Source: Fimbriosthenelais zetlandica
Taxonomy: Eukaryota
Reading direction: 5' to 3'
DNA length: 64,000 nucleotides
Assembly (NCBI GenBank): GCA_977030845.1
Contig: OZ365115.1
Location: 36,704,001-36,768,000, forward strand
Within the stretch, counting starts at the first letter, position 1, and each line of letters starts with the position of its first letter. The translations under genes were made by a program, and so were the position numbers. The notes under the pieces are model-generated. The model was not told the DNA's origin. It ran no database searches and was given only the letters and a program-made list of their open reading frames with translations. This document shows, in pieces, positions 51,201-60,999 of this stretch.

Positions 51201-54200
51201 AGATTTTTGCTAAGATGATTAGGCCTAATTCCCTGAAATATAAAGTTTGATAAATGTGATCATACCTCTTCATCATGGCCGTTTTCCTCCACGTGATCGT
51301 GAGGTGAAGGTCGTGCTAAATCCTACAGTAACAACATGCAACAACGACATGCAACAAGCTGTAACAACATCGACAACAGCGGTAACGTTCATTATAAATT
51401 CATGCTGAGTAAATGTAAGGATTCTTAAAGGAAATAATTCAAAGATCCCAAGGCACACATACAGTGGAGTCTCACTAAAGTGACCACCAGAAGGATCAAA
51501 CTGGTCATATAGTGAGATGGTCGGTTTGCTGAGTATGTCTTAGTCGTGTTAAATCTTTTGGTTCTGACCATTTAGTGGTCACTTACTGAGATGGTCGCTT
51601 TTCTGACCATTTAGTGGTCGGATAGTGAGTTGGTCGGTTTAGTGAGGTGGTCATTGAGTGAGACTCCACTGTATTAGTGTGGGTTTCACTCTTACTCTCT
51701 TCATCTCAGACGCAGCTAGCGTTCCTTCTCTATCTCTGCTCTCTTCCAGTAAGAGTCGTTCCTGTCTCTCTTTCTCTCTCGCTACTCTCTGAGCTTCTCT
51801 GTCTTGTCTATCTTGTTCTCTTCGTGCTGCTCTCTCCGCCTCACGGTCAGCCAGTTCTCTTTCTCTCTGTCCTTCTTCTTCTCTTCGTTTGTCTTGCATT
51901 TTTCTCCTCCGTTCTTCCTGTTCCTCCGCCCAGTTAGAGTCGGTATTGTTGGGTGTTTCTTGTAGTCGTTCTTGTCTTGCTCGTCTCCGAGCTTCCCGGT
52001 CCAGCTGAGCGCAATAATTACAACATCAACTCATGCAAGGAACACACAACAACATATCATGCAAAATACTCCCGATTTAAAGCAATTTTCTGTGTATTTT
52101 TGCTTGAAACTGACCTTTTTAGAATAAGAAATATAGTAATACGGGGAAGTGATTCCCTGATTCTGACCTCTCTTTTTCTCGCCCGTTGGTCTTCTTCTCC
52201 CCCTTCTTCCTCCTCTTCCCCATTCTCTCCTCCGTTCATTCCCCTGCTCTTGTCTTCTCTTTCTCTTTGTCTCCTCGTTTGTCTGCTCATTTCCTTCTTC
52301 TCTGCCTCCTCTCTCCTCTTATTTTCCTCTTGCTCTAGTCTGATTCTTTCTGCCTCTTCCTCTTCTAGCCGTTTGATTTCCTCCTCGTCCGCTAGTCGTT
52401 GTCTTTCCTCCTCCTCTTCCTCTTTTCTCAGCCTCTCTTCTTCTTGCCTATATAACTCCTCCTCTTCCTCTTCCTGCCTCTGACGTTCTTCCTCTTCTCT
52501 CCTCTTCCTTCTTTCTCGCCTTCTATTCTCTTCCTCTTCCTCTATTCTCCTTTGCTCCTCTATTCTTTCCTTCTCTTCCTCTTCAGCTATCCTTCTTTCT
52601 TCTTCCTCTTCCTCCAACCTCAATCGCTCTTCTTCTTCCTTTCTCTTTCTTTCCTCTTCCTTCTTTTTCCTGGCCTGCTCCTCCCTTTCTATTCTCTTTC
52701 TTTCTTCTTCCTCTTCTTCCAACCTTAATCTCTCTTCTTCTTCCTTTCTCTTCCTCTCTTCCTCCTTCTTTTCCCTGGCTTCCTCCTTTTCTATTCTCTT
52801 TCTTTCCTCTTCCTCTTCTTCCTGTCTTCGTTGCTCCTCCTCTCTTTTTCGTTCTGCCTCTTCTAGTTTCCTTTGCTCTTCTTCTGCTTTTCTTTCTCGT
52901 TCTTGTCTTTCTATTTCTTCTTTTCGTCTTTCCTCTTCCTTTGTCCTCTCTTCCTCCTCTTCCCCCTCTTCTCTTGCTTTAGATGTATAGTTTCTGTTAT
53001 TATTGATTTCCTCCTGCTCTCGTTCTCCCTCTTGCTCTTCCTCTCCTCTTCTCCTCCGGCGGTAAGTGTTGGGTGAAGAGCTGTGACTTGCCTTCATGAA
53101 GGACATGCAAAGATCACAGCACACCATGCAAAAATATATCACAACAAACGACAAACCTCCACCGGACAATCTTCTATAGTAGGGTACCCCAGAAATACTC
53201 AAAAGTACAACTAATTCTCAGTGAAAAATTGTTTGGATAATTTCATTCCAATTCAAAAATCTCGTATAAAGTATGCTTTACCAGCATTTCAACCAAAATT
53301 CTATCAATTTCAAAATGTGATACGAAAGTTCCAAAAGGTTAGTCAAATATTTTAAATGAAAGAGCCAAAGAATAAAGATCAAATCCCAAAGTTGATAAAT
53401 TAGTCATGAGGATCTACCTCCTCGCCATTTTCCGTCTTCTCCACGTGATTGGAGGAGGAACCATTTTCTTCTTCCTCTTCCGGTTCCTCTAGTTTCCGGT
53501 TCCGGCGTGAACGCCAGGACGCCAGGGAACTAGAGGGCGTAGTCTCATCTGTGACGTCAGACGCCGGCGTCTGTACGCCAGAAATCATGCAAAAAATACA
53601 TGCAAAAAAACTCATGCACCATGTACATAAAAATACATGTTTTAGTAGAAAATTGTGGGCATATTCAGAGGTGGTTAGTTACAAAAGGTCTTTTATGTAC
53701 AATTGTACATGACATTGTATGTAAAGGGTTGGTAAATATTGAGGTATTTTGAAAAATGAAAAAACATTTGGGAGTGAACACACATCTATTCCATGATGAA
53801 GACCTGATCAAAGTTTTTCTTGATGACAAACATGAGTCATATGTAGGATATTCACAAAGATAACCACAGATTTAAGATAATCATAGATTTATATAATATA
53901 ATATACATGGCCACCTACTGTACCAGTCTGATGAACACTCAGTCAATATGTAGTGTTTGCTTACCTCGCCCCTGAAAGATAAATAAAGAAGACATTAAAA
54001 TCTAACATTATATTCAAATAAGACAATTAATCACAAGGACTAATCGTAAGTTACTACAATATAAATTAATTATGAGATTTGAAGACATTGAAGACATTCG
54101 AAGTCTTTGATATTGTTTTAGAGAGTCTACTTTCAAAGTTATTATGCAATTTTTATGCAATTTATATGCTAGAACGGTTGCTTTGGGTTTGACATTAATT

Positions 54201-57200
54201 TCATGCAGGATTAGTTTGGATTAAGACATGAAGAATGCGGGACGTGCCTTAGCCTGGCCTCGCGGTTAGCACGACGTTCATGACGTCGTCTCTCAATGTC
54301 GACGTCAATCTGACTGGAATCTGCCGCTCTGATTAACAAACAAAAAAACAAACACAAACAGGGGTGAGAAAACCACATGCAGGTCTACAAACAACAAACT
54401 GCTTAAAGGTGCACACACACTAATCACATTCTCTATACGATAGGGCCGACTAGCAATACAAAGTTCACACAAAGTCCTTGTAATTTTAACAGACCGTTAT
54501 ACCTAGGTAAGGCTAACTACTGACACAATTACAATCATTGGATGCCATTTGAAATGGGGGATCGGATGGCGCAAATTGGAGAATCGGATTAGTGTGTGGG
54601 CACCTTTAAATCTAATGCAATTTCCTGGCTGTATAATTTGAGTTTGAGAGATAGGCCTTAAGGCAATGGTTTGAATTCGAACGATTCTATTTCACATATC
54701 TTAGCAATCATTTAGTAGATTTCAACCACAAATTGCGAAAATAGAAATCTAGGTACACATGCATGGGTAGAACAAAAACTTTAAAACACAAATATTATCT
54801 TATTTTAACATTTTTCTCTTAGTTCCTGGCGTTGCATTTCATGTTCATTGACATACTTCATTTGGGGTAATATTTCATTTAGTATTAGTTATTTTATAAG
54901 ACTTTGGACATGGTAATTATAATTTATTTCATTATTAGCGATATTTTCATGGATGTGTGTAGTTAAGAGCTGATATTTGAGGCCGTATCCATGGTATTTG
55001 CTGCCTGGTAACGGTATCCATGGTAACCTGGTAACGGGTCTGAGCCGGGACTTCACTTATAGAGCAGTCAGGTATCAGGTTACCTTACCACAGAAACAGC
55101 CGGCCTACAGGCTAAATATATACCGGGCAGAGAGCAGCTCACAGAGCCATGAGCTGGAGGCCGGCAAGGCTTCACGGGCCGCGGGGGGGGGGGGGGGGGG
55201 GTACTACCCGGCGGAATTATTATACATTCAATATCTAATGATGACCTCAAAGGAGCTTAAGGAATATATAAATGTGTGAAAGAAAAATGTTATCTCATAA
55301 TCCGGTAGAAACCATCCTATAACTGAAGGGAAGGGGAAGGGGGGAGGGGCGACATTCCATTTATGAAGGAATATGTATGGCTCGACTGTGGCTCAAGCAA
55401 TACTTGATGGAAAGCTCAAATAGTCAAAAGATTTTTTAATATTTCTGTGAAGGTCGGTTGTCGCCCCCTTCATGGATGAAATGCCTTTCACCAATACAGA
55501 TTTCCTAATGCAAGAAAAGATAATATCTCGATTTTGCTCGCTTTAGACCCAAGAAACGTCCTCAAAAGTTACCCTGTAACTGAGGAAATGTAGCAAAGGC
55601 TTCCTATAAGTCTTTCCAATAGACTTTAAAGTAGTTTTTCTTTCTTTTCAATAATATAATTCCCTGATATAAGTTTAAATCACTCCATAACACAAACACA
55701 CGATCATGCAATGGAGGAAAATGTGCATTCCGAGGAAAAACGAGGTAAAAGTTGACTTACATTTTGATGAATTTGAGAAGGTAACAGCCAGATAGCGGTG
55801 AAGATTTAGACGGAACGAGTTAGCGCCCCTGAGCTGCCCGATACTGGTAGGTGGATGTAGACGATACCCTCTCCTAATCCACCCTCCCACCCCTCTAATC
55901 CACCCCACATAGACCCGCCCACACACCCAGCCAATCACAGCCAGCCTTACTCACCTCTATGGTGGTTTAACATGGGACTAGCCGAGCCGCGGCTGTAAGA
56001 GAGCCGCTGATTGGTGGAGGAGTTGAGGGTCAGATTGAGTTACTCAGGGATGGGTCAGGAGCAGCTCAAAATGTTAACTCGTGGATTCACGAGCTCGTGG
56101 CTTCCACTCGTGGTCTCTCCCCCGGCTACCTCAACCCGACCCACAGACCCCCCAGCTTTCACAGACATACAATCTCACTTTCTCTTATATTTTTTGAATA
56201 TTTGTATAATAAGGCCTATTTACAGTTTTGCGAGTCGTTCCTCGCGTTCCCGCCGGCGACGCGCGATGCGTTCACTAATGTCGTCATCGTCATCCGGCGT
56301 CGACATGGCCGCCCTGAAAATTATAGCAAATAAAATTAATTTGATTTTCATCCCGTGACCTCTATTTTATTATACTTTTGCTTTATTAGAAGCATGACCA
56401 TTAAGCCTTAAACACACATAGGCGATTTTCCCAAGCGATGCAGCTCGAAAGTATTATTATATTACAATACATTATGTGTATTTAAGGCAGAAATACCTAC
56501 AGAAATTATTGATTTTTTCACCGGGGGGGACAGGGGCATAGACCCTATGAGAAAATATGTTTTTTGGCTCCAAAAGCTATTTAAATCACAAGGAGGAGGG
56601 GACCCAGAGCCCCTGGACGCCCCCCCCCCCCCCTCAACATTGGAACCGTTCCTTGACATAGAGAGAAGGGGTTTAGGTAGGTTATAAATATTTTTAGATG
56701 CCAACTCGATACTACAAACATGGCAGCCAAGCTCGACAGATTCATCACAGATCATTCTGCCGGGTCAACTTCTCCCACCGATGGTGAGAGAGGCATCTTA
56801 TCTGAAAGCGGTTGTTGACCTGTTAAAAACCGTTTAAAAAAACAATTTTAACATTTAAAAGTCGATCAGTTGTAAGTGGGTGCTTTTTCTAACCTTTATA
56901 AATTTACCCTAACCTCCCCACCCCCACACATACCCAACCCCTCTCTCTCCTCTCTCACCCTCCTCTCAAAATATCAACTCCAACATTATAGACTTGCATT
57001 CGTCCCAAAGTTATTTCGGTTTGTCCCAGTCAGGAATTAGTTCATTTATCAGAGACTGGAGCAAGTCTCTCGGCCTCAACTTCCCCCCCCCCCCCCCACC
57101 TCTCACTCACCCATACACGCGATCACAGGTAACTAGGACTACCTGGTCTGGTTGCTATGGTTACCTAGAATAGAACAAACTGAGAAGAGAGTCTGAGGAG

Positions 57201-60200
57201 AGGTGTGTAGGGGGCTGAGCCAAAAACCCGCCCTCAAGGCTGGTGGGGGCAGGGAGGAGGGGGGTGCCTGAACACTCGACCAAGAATAAGGATCAATCAA
57301 AGTGCTCTATATTATAGGCCTATTATATCTTTGAACTTCTTTCAAAATATTTATAAAATTTTACTAATATTTTAAAGGTATTTTCGTCTGACTAAATCTG
57401 TTGAGGGTAAGATTCTTTTCCTCAAAATATATGTGTTGAGTGGAATGAAAATGAGAGGGAGATGGGAGAGATCAAGAGAGAGAGAAAGAGAGAGGATCGG
57501 GTATAGAGAAAGACAGTCACATTGGGCATAGAGAAGATAGGGAAAGACAGGGAAGAGACGGAGAGATAAATTGAGAGGCGTGTAGAGATGTTGAGATAAG
57601 AGTATAGGCTATAATGCTGGTACACAGTATATGATATGATATGAGTTATGAATATTTGACCAGGAGAGTGGCGGTGCTCTCTCTGGAATGTGAACAATCT
57701 CAGCTTAAAGTTCACCCCATCACACACCTGTCCCTTAAGCCATTGCTCCACCTCTGCGATTTAGCTAGCGACAAGAGTGAAGATTTTCGTTCCTTGGTCG
57801 ATGACTCCTTTCTACAGTTATCTCCCTCCCTCCCAGGCCCTCCTCTCTAATTCGCCCCCTTCTACAACTATCTCCCTCCTCTCTTCATATCTCTCTCTCT
57901 CTGTCTATCTACCTCAATCTCTCTCCCTCTGTCTCTCCCTGTCTCTCTGTCTCTGTCTCTGTCTCTCTCGCCCTCCTCAGTTGACTTGGTCGATGTGTCG
58001 GTCAGTGGGTGGGTTTTTCACTAAATGTGGGCCTAATTTATCAGACATTCCCACATATAAACATGTAGGTCCCTGATTGGCAGGTTCAGCAGGTCAGGAA
58101 AGGTGGGAGTGGGAAGCGATCTGACTTCACAGGCAACGAAAAGGGTCAAACTTCTCACAAAATGAGAAACAGAGCTGGTCGAAATCTAGATCAACAATTT
58201 ATGGGAAACTTGGTCATTGGGCGTTTTCTAGGAAACTATAACATGAATGAGGTCTACAAGAGCTCTTAAAACATCGCTTGGGGGGGTAGATCCACTGTGG
58301 TCTTAAAGGCAATTGTTAAGACTTATCTAGGGTAAGAATAACCAAAATCCCTGATTGTATCTAGGAGTAAATTGGCTGCGTTGCACAACAATGGTTTAAC
58401 CTATGGTTGTACAATGGCCTGAATATTAGTAATTCCGACCTGCCAACCTCCGTGCATGACATTTAATTTCCTATTTCACCTCGTAATCAGTAATTTCTCG
58501 ATCTAAGTCTCACAGTCGGAGTATCTTGACTCAATCATTTCACCAATCTTGTTGCCAATGCCTGTTTTATCACTCTGGCTCTGGTCCAGTATTCCTGATG
58601 ATATCAGAGTGTATTTCTATAGTAGGAGGTCGTCACTGGGGGAGCTCAACCATGCAGGCTCGCCGGGAACGACATGCTTCGTTACCATATGCTCAAAGTT
58701 TTCATGCTCGATGTTTAAATTACATTAAAAATCAGCAAAATAAATGTAAACTACACACGAGGAGCGAGTATCACAAACTAACGTGTCTGCATTCCTTATA
58801 TTCAAAATAAATTATATATATTAGTCAAAATGTTGAGCGAAAAGGGGATAGAATAAAGTGAAGTAATATTAGGAAATGTGAAAGCACTTCCTGGACTAAG
58901 GTATTGAAGGGAGGAAAAGTAAAAACTTTAATTGTTTGAAAAGATTTTTGTGGGATATTGATTAAAACGATTATCAGGTGTGGTTTTTGGAAAATTGCCC
59001 GGATGTGTGTATTAGCATGAGTACAAACGTGAAACGCTGACAGACACGTCGCCATGGTTACCAGGATTGTTGATGTTAGAGAAGGAGGTCATCTATAGAA
59101 AGGTTGCCATGGTAATGCCTCCAGCCATTCACCTCAATCACTACACAACGCTCGCTTACCATGGAATTTACATCTTCTAGGATCTCTCAAAATCTCTCTC
59201 TTTCCTCTCTCGCTCTCTCTCGCTCTCTCTCTCTCTCCCTCTCTCCCTCTCTCTCGCTCTCTCTCGCTCTCTTCATCTATCTATCTCTTCTCCCTCTCTC
59301 TTACCCACTCTTTCTATCTATCTCTCTTCTTCTCTATCTCTTTCACGCCGTCCATTTCTCTTTCTCTTTCTCCCTCCCTCTCTACCTTTTATTTCCTTAA
59401 AAGTTTGTGACATGTTTCCTATTGAATTCTAACATTCCGATGTTAGAATGTGTCAGATTGACTCAGTAAATCTTTGTGATGTTTAAAAGAAATGTGTCCA
59501 GTACACAATGTGCATTACTTGGTGCATTACTAGGTTAGTAAATGAAGTGGAAGTTTTACAAGCTACAGCGCCCCCGGCGACCACTCTTAACAACTCACAA
59601 TGTCATCAAGGGTTAACTTTTAAAGTGATTTAAATGTAAACACGGGGTTACAAGGGTTAAAGGTGGGATGGGAAGGCAGGTGGGAGAATGAGGATTTTAG
59701 TGAGTAGTTCTACATCTGGAGATCCAATGTAAAGGATTATGTCAAGAGGGGGGGGGGTCAGATTGGCTTCCCCCATCCCTTCCAGAACATTGGATGAAAA
59801 TGGTTTCACTCAAATAGCATTTTTCTACAGCTACCTCCCTCTCTCTCATAACCTATTCGATCTCTAATTCGCCCCTTTCTACAGCCATCTCCCTCCCTTC
59901 AACACCCTTCTGTCCAATTGGCCCTTTTCTACTGCTATCTCCCTCTCTCTCATACCCTTCTGTCCAATTCTCCTATCCTACCCAGCAATTTTTCTTCTAT
60001 TTTTTCTCATGCTCAGCTCACTTCACAAAATCCAAAACTATTGCAACACTATCCCTCATATAGCCTAGTTGAGGGACTTCCCAGTAGGACAATATAGTTC
60101 CACACCTGGTCCAAGATGTCCAGACACGATCGATACATTTTCTACATGAATTCTCAACCTAATTCTCCCCATTCAGCCTGATATTGAACCCCCAGGTGCA

Positions 60201-60340
60201 GCAGGGATGGATGTTTATTTTTACAGTCAGTTATTTTCATCTTTTTGTTATTTTTATCAGGCAAACATTCTGACTTACTCCCTCGCTTGGCGAGCTAGCC
60301 TCCGCTGCTCCCTCCTCGCTTCCAGATCCGTCACACTCAT
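42144..60340 (-). CDS. TnI: Troponin I with very long optional E/R/K-rich (caldesmon-like) N-terminal extension; about 759 aa longest, about 228-278 aa shortest
   Basis: Exons in consistent phase: 60340-60279, 56313-56224, 54328-54248, 53971-53965, 53570-53418, 53091-52168, 52004-51696, 51322-51266, 50921-50859, [50414-50294 or 49777-49657], [48000-47900 or 47495-47395], 44765-44722, 44541-44500, 42705-42603, 42266-42144. Sum is 2280 nt. Protostome TnI hallmarks: GLGGLTPEKKKLLK, LIMQKAAEDLK, LEEEKYDWEVKIRRQEYE, VNELTIKVNDIKGKFAKPVLKKVSKTESK, FRDQLK, KPDW. Confidence 0.95.
42603..42705 (-). CDS. TnI: TnI exon (LAKFDKKSLKSKLGFRDQLKSTGKDKFALEEEDK)
   Basis: gtctcccag acceptor, GTACGT donor, 103 nt, phase 2 to 0. 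Confidence 0.94.
42781..42887. repeat. 36-bp tandem repeat x3 (ATGGCGGATAACCGGAATAATGATACATGGGCATAG)
   Basis: Adjacent near-identical units with no spacers. Confidence 0.9.
44190..44462. repeat. GA-rich microsatellite block
   Basis: Degenerate (GA)n directly downstream of the TnI donor at 44500. Confidence 0.85.
44500..44541 (-). CDS. TnI: TnI exon (AKPVLKKVSKTES), inhibitory region
   Basis: gtttttcag acceptor, GTACGT donor, 42 nt, phase 2 to 2. Confidence 0.95.
44722..44765 (-). CDS. TnI: TnI exon (VNELTIKVNDIKGKF)
   Basis: ttttgctag acceptor, GTAAGT donor, 44 nt, phase 0 to 2. Confidence 0.95.
45100..45175. promoter_or_regulatory. Intronic cluster of three CACGTG E-boxes with two CCAAT boxes
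   Basis: CACGTG at 45142, 45154 and 45165. CCAAT at about 45090 and 45119. Confidence 0.4.
47395..47495 (-). CDS. TnI: TnI mutually exclusive exon X1 (DLERKVKEMYDMVCRLEEEKYDWEVKIRRQEYE)
   Basis: 101 nt, phase 1 to 0, gaattcag acceptor, GTAGAG donor. Confidence 0.93.
47900..48000 (-). CDS. TnI: TnI mutually exclusive exon X2 (QLEKKVKELYNCYVKLEEQRYDVEVKMRAQEAE)
   Basis: 101 nt, phase 1 to 0, same length as and paralogous to X1. Weak acceptor (atgagcag) and donor (GTTCGA). Confidence 0.88.
49420..49620. repeat. G/T-rich degenerate minisatellite (GGGTGTGGGGTTAG, GGGCCAGACTTGGTA)
   Basis: Directly visible, starting about 35 nt downstream of the Y1 donor in transcript orientation. Confidence 0.8.
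49657..49777 (-). CDS. TnI: TnI mutually exclusive exon Y1 (QLIMQKAAEDLKKKQAEEAAAKKKIIDARVPPLEISGLGQ)
   Basis: 121 nt, phase 0 to 1, aacttgtag acceptor, GTAGGC donor. Confidence 0.93.
50294..50414 (-). CDS. TnI: TnI mutually exclusive exon Y2 (SVILEKAMADLKAEEDEKLRERKLYLDQRVPPLNLEALTK)
   Basis: 121 nt, phase 0 to 1, same length as Y1, shared I..KA..DLK and D.RVPPL. Confidence 0.92.
50859..50921 (-). CDS. TnI: TnI exon (KKGGKRRGLGGLTPEKKKLLK)
   Basis: gatttgcag acceptor, GTAAGA donor, 63 nt. Start of the conserved TnI domain. Confidence 0.95.
51266..51322 (-). CDS. TnI: TnI cassette exon (DLARPSPHDHVEENGHDEE)
   Basis: actgtag acceptor, GTATGA donor, 57 nt, phase 0 to 0. Confidence 0.8.
51696..52004 (-). 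CDS. TnI: TnI cassette exon (LDREARRRARQERLQ...ASEMKR)
   Basis: gcgctcag acceptor, GTAAGA donor, 309 nt, phase 0 to 0, open E/R-rich frame. Confidence 0.85.
52168..53091 (-). CDS. TnI: TnI giant cassette exon, 308 codons, ER/K single-alpha-helix-like
   Basis: Within ORF 52057..53202. Phase-0 acceptor atgaag|GCAAGT at 53091 and GTCAGA donor after 52168. Contains an internal duplication of about 35 aa (EEEERKRIE.EE.AR.KKEEERKRKEEEERLRLEEE x2). Confidence 0.82.
53418..53570 (-). CDS. TnI: TnI cassette exon (TPASDVTDETT...TENGEE)
   Basis: cgtacag acceptor, GTAGAT donor, 153 nt, only the phase-0 frame is open. Confidence 0.82.
53965..53971 (-). CDS. TnI: TnI 7-nt microexon GGGCGAG (phase 2 to 0)
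   Basis: Strong ctttatttatctttcag acceptor and GAG|GTAAGC donor. It is the exon needed to join the phase-2 upstream exons to all phase-0 downstream exons. Confidence 0.85.
54248..54328 (-). CDS. TnI: TnI 81-nt exon (AADSSQIDVDIERRRHERRANREARL) ending at a GC donor
   Basis: tttgttaatcag acceptor, open phase-2 frame, AAG|GCACGT donor restores phase 2. Confidence 0.75.
54407..54605 (+). mobile_element. Full-length 199-bp Kolobok-like MITE
   Basis: TTAA at 54403-54406 and 54606-54609. TIRs AGGTGC(A/C)CACACACTAATC / GATTAGTGTGTGGGCACCT with an AG 5' terminus. TTAA target duplication with RR termini is characteristic of Kolobok DNA transposons. Confidence 0.8.
56224..56313 (-). CDS. TnI: TnI exon with internal in-frame ATG at 56306 (AAMSTPDDDDDISERIARRRREREERLAK)
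   Basis: aattttcag acceptor, GCGGCCATGT strong start context, GTAAAT donor in phase 2. Confidence 0.88.
57805..57970. repeat. Dispersed/tandem unit CTCTAATTCGCCCC-TTCTACA-C-ATCTCCCTCC plus CT microsatellite; related copies at 59820-59965
   Basis: The same about 40-bp unit occurs at about 57848 and 59863, with further diverged tandem copies. Confidence 0.7.
59195..59395. repeat. CT/CGCT microsatellite
   Basis: Directly visible. Confidence 0.9.
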
Positions 60341-60450
60341 CTTCTCTTCCCTTCTTCTCTTCTCTTTCTCTTGTTGAGGTGTCTCCAGCCCCTCTCCGCC
60401 CACGCTCCTCCTCTTCAGGCACCTATACTCCTTGTTTTGTTTGTTAACAC
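60279..60450 (-). CDS. TnI: TnI first coding exon (ATG at 60340; MSVTDLEARREQRRLARQAR)
   Basis: gttttgttttcag acceptor at 60450, AAGATGA start context, GA|GTAAGT donor in phase 2, in frame with the 56313 exon. Resembles the LEERRAAR-type N-terminus of long molluscan TnI. Confidence 0.85.
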
Positions 60451-60965
60451 CTGAAAACAAAACGAAGAACAAATAATGAATCGACCATAAACTTTTCGTT
60501 TTCACATGCAATGCTTGTCATTTTAACAGTCTTTTACATCTAAGTAAAGCTAACCACTGACACAATTTCAATCCTACTATTGGACACCATGTAAACCATT
60601 TTTAACTCTCACTATTAAAGAATATAATAGTAATTCATATGTAGATTCATATCAATCAATATGATAAATTGGTGACTCATTGATCAACTATATATACCAG
60701 AGAAACTTAATGTGAAAAGACAACAAAGTGCCTAATCATTCACTTCTATTTTAGATATCTTTTATAACTACATATTTTGATGGACCTGCTCTGTCATTAA
60801 TATTTGACCCTTTTCAGTTCCTTGATGGATGTTCTGTGTTTTCTATTTGACCCAGTTAGAGGATGAGCAGCTCGTTAGTACCGGGTGGTGGTACAGGGGG
60901 CGCCACCGTCTATGAGAGCAGGACGGGGTGTTACTATAGCAACTATACTGATAGAGGGAGCTCCC

Positions 60966-60975
60966 CCAAATATGG
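60966..60975. promoter_or_regulatory. Perfect CArG box CCAAATATGG
   Basis: Matches the CC(A/T)6GG SRF consensus, about 0.5 kb upstream of the TnI ATG exon. Near an X-box half site (CTATAGCAAC) and a CTCF-like CAGGGGGCGCCA (about 60894). Confidence 0.5.
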
Positions 60976-60999
60976 CCGCCTACAAGATATATGACGAGA

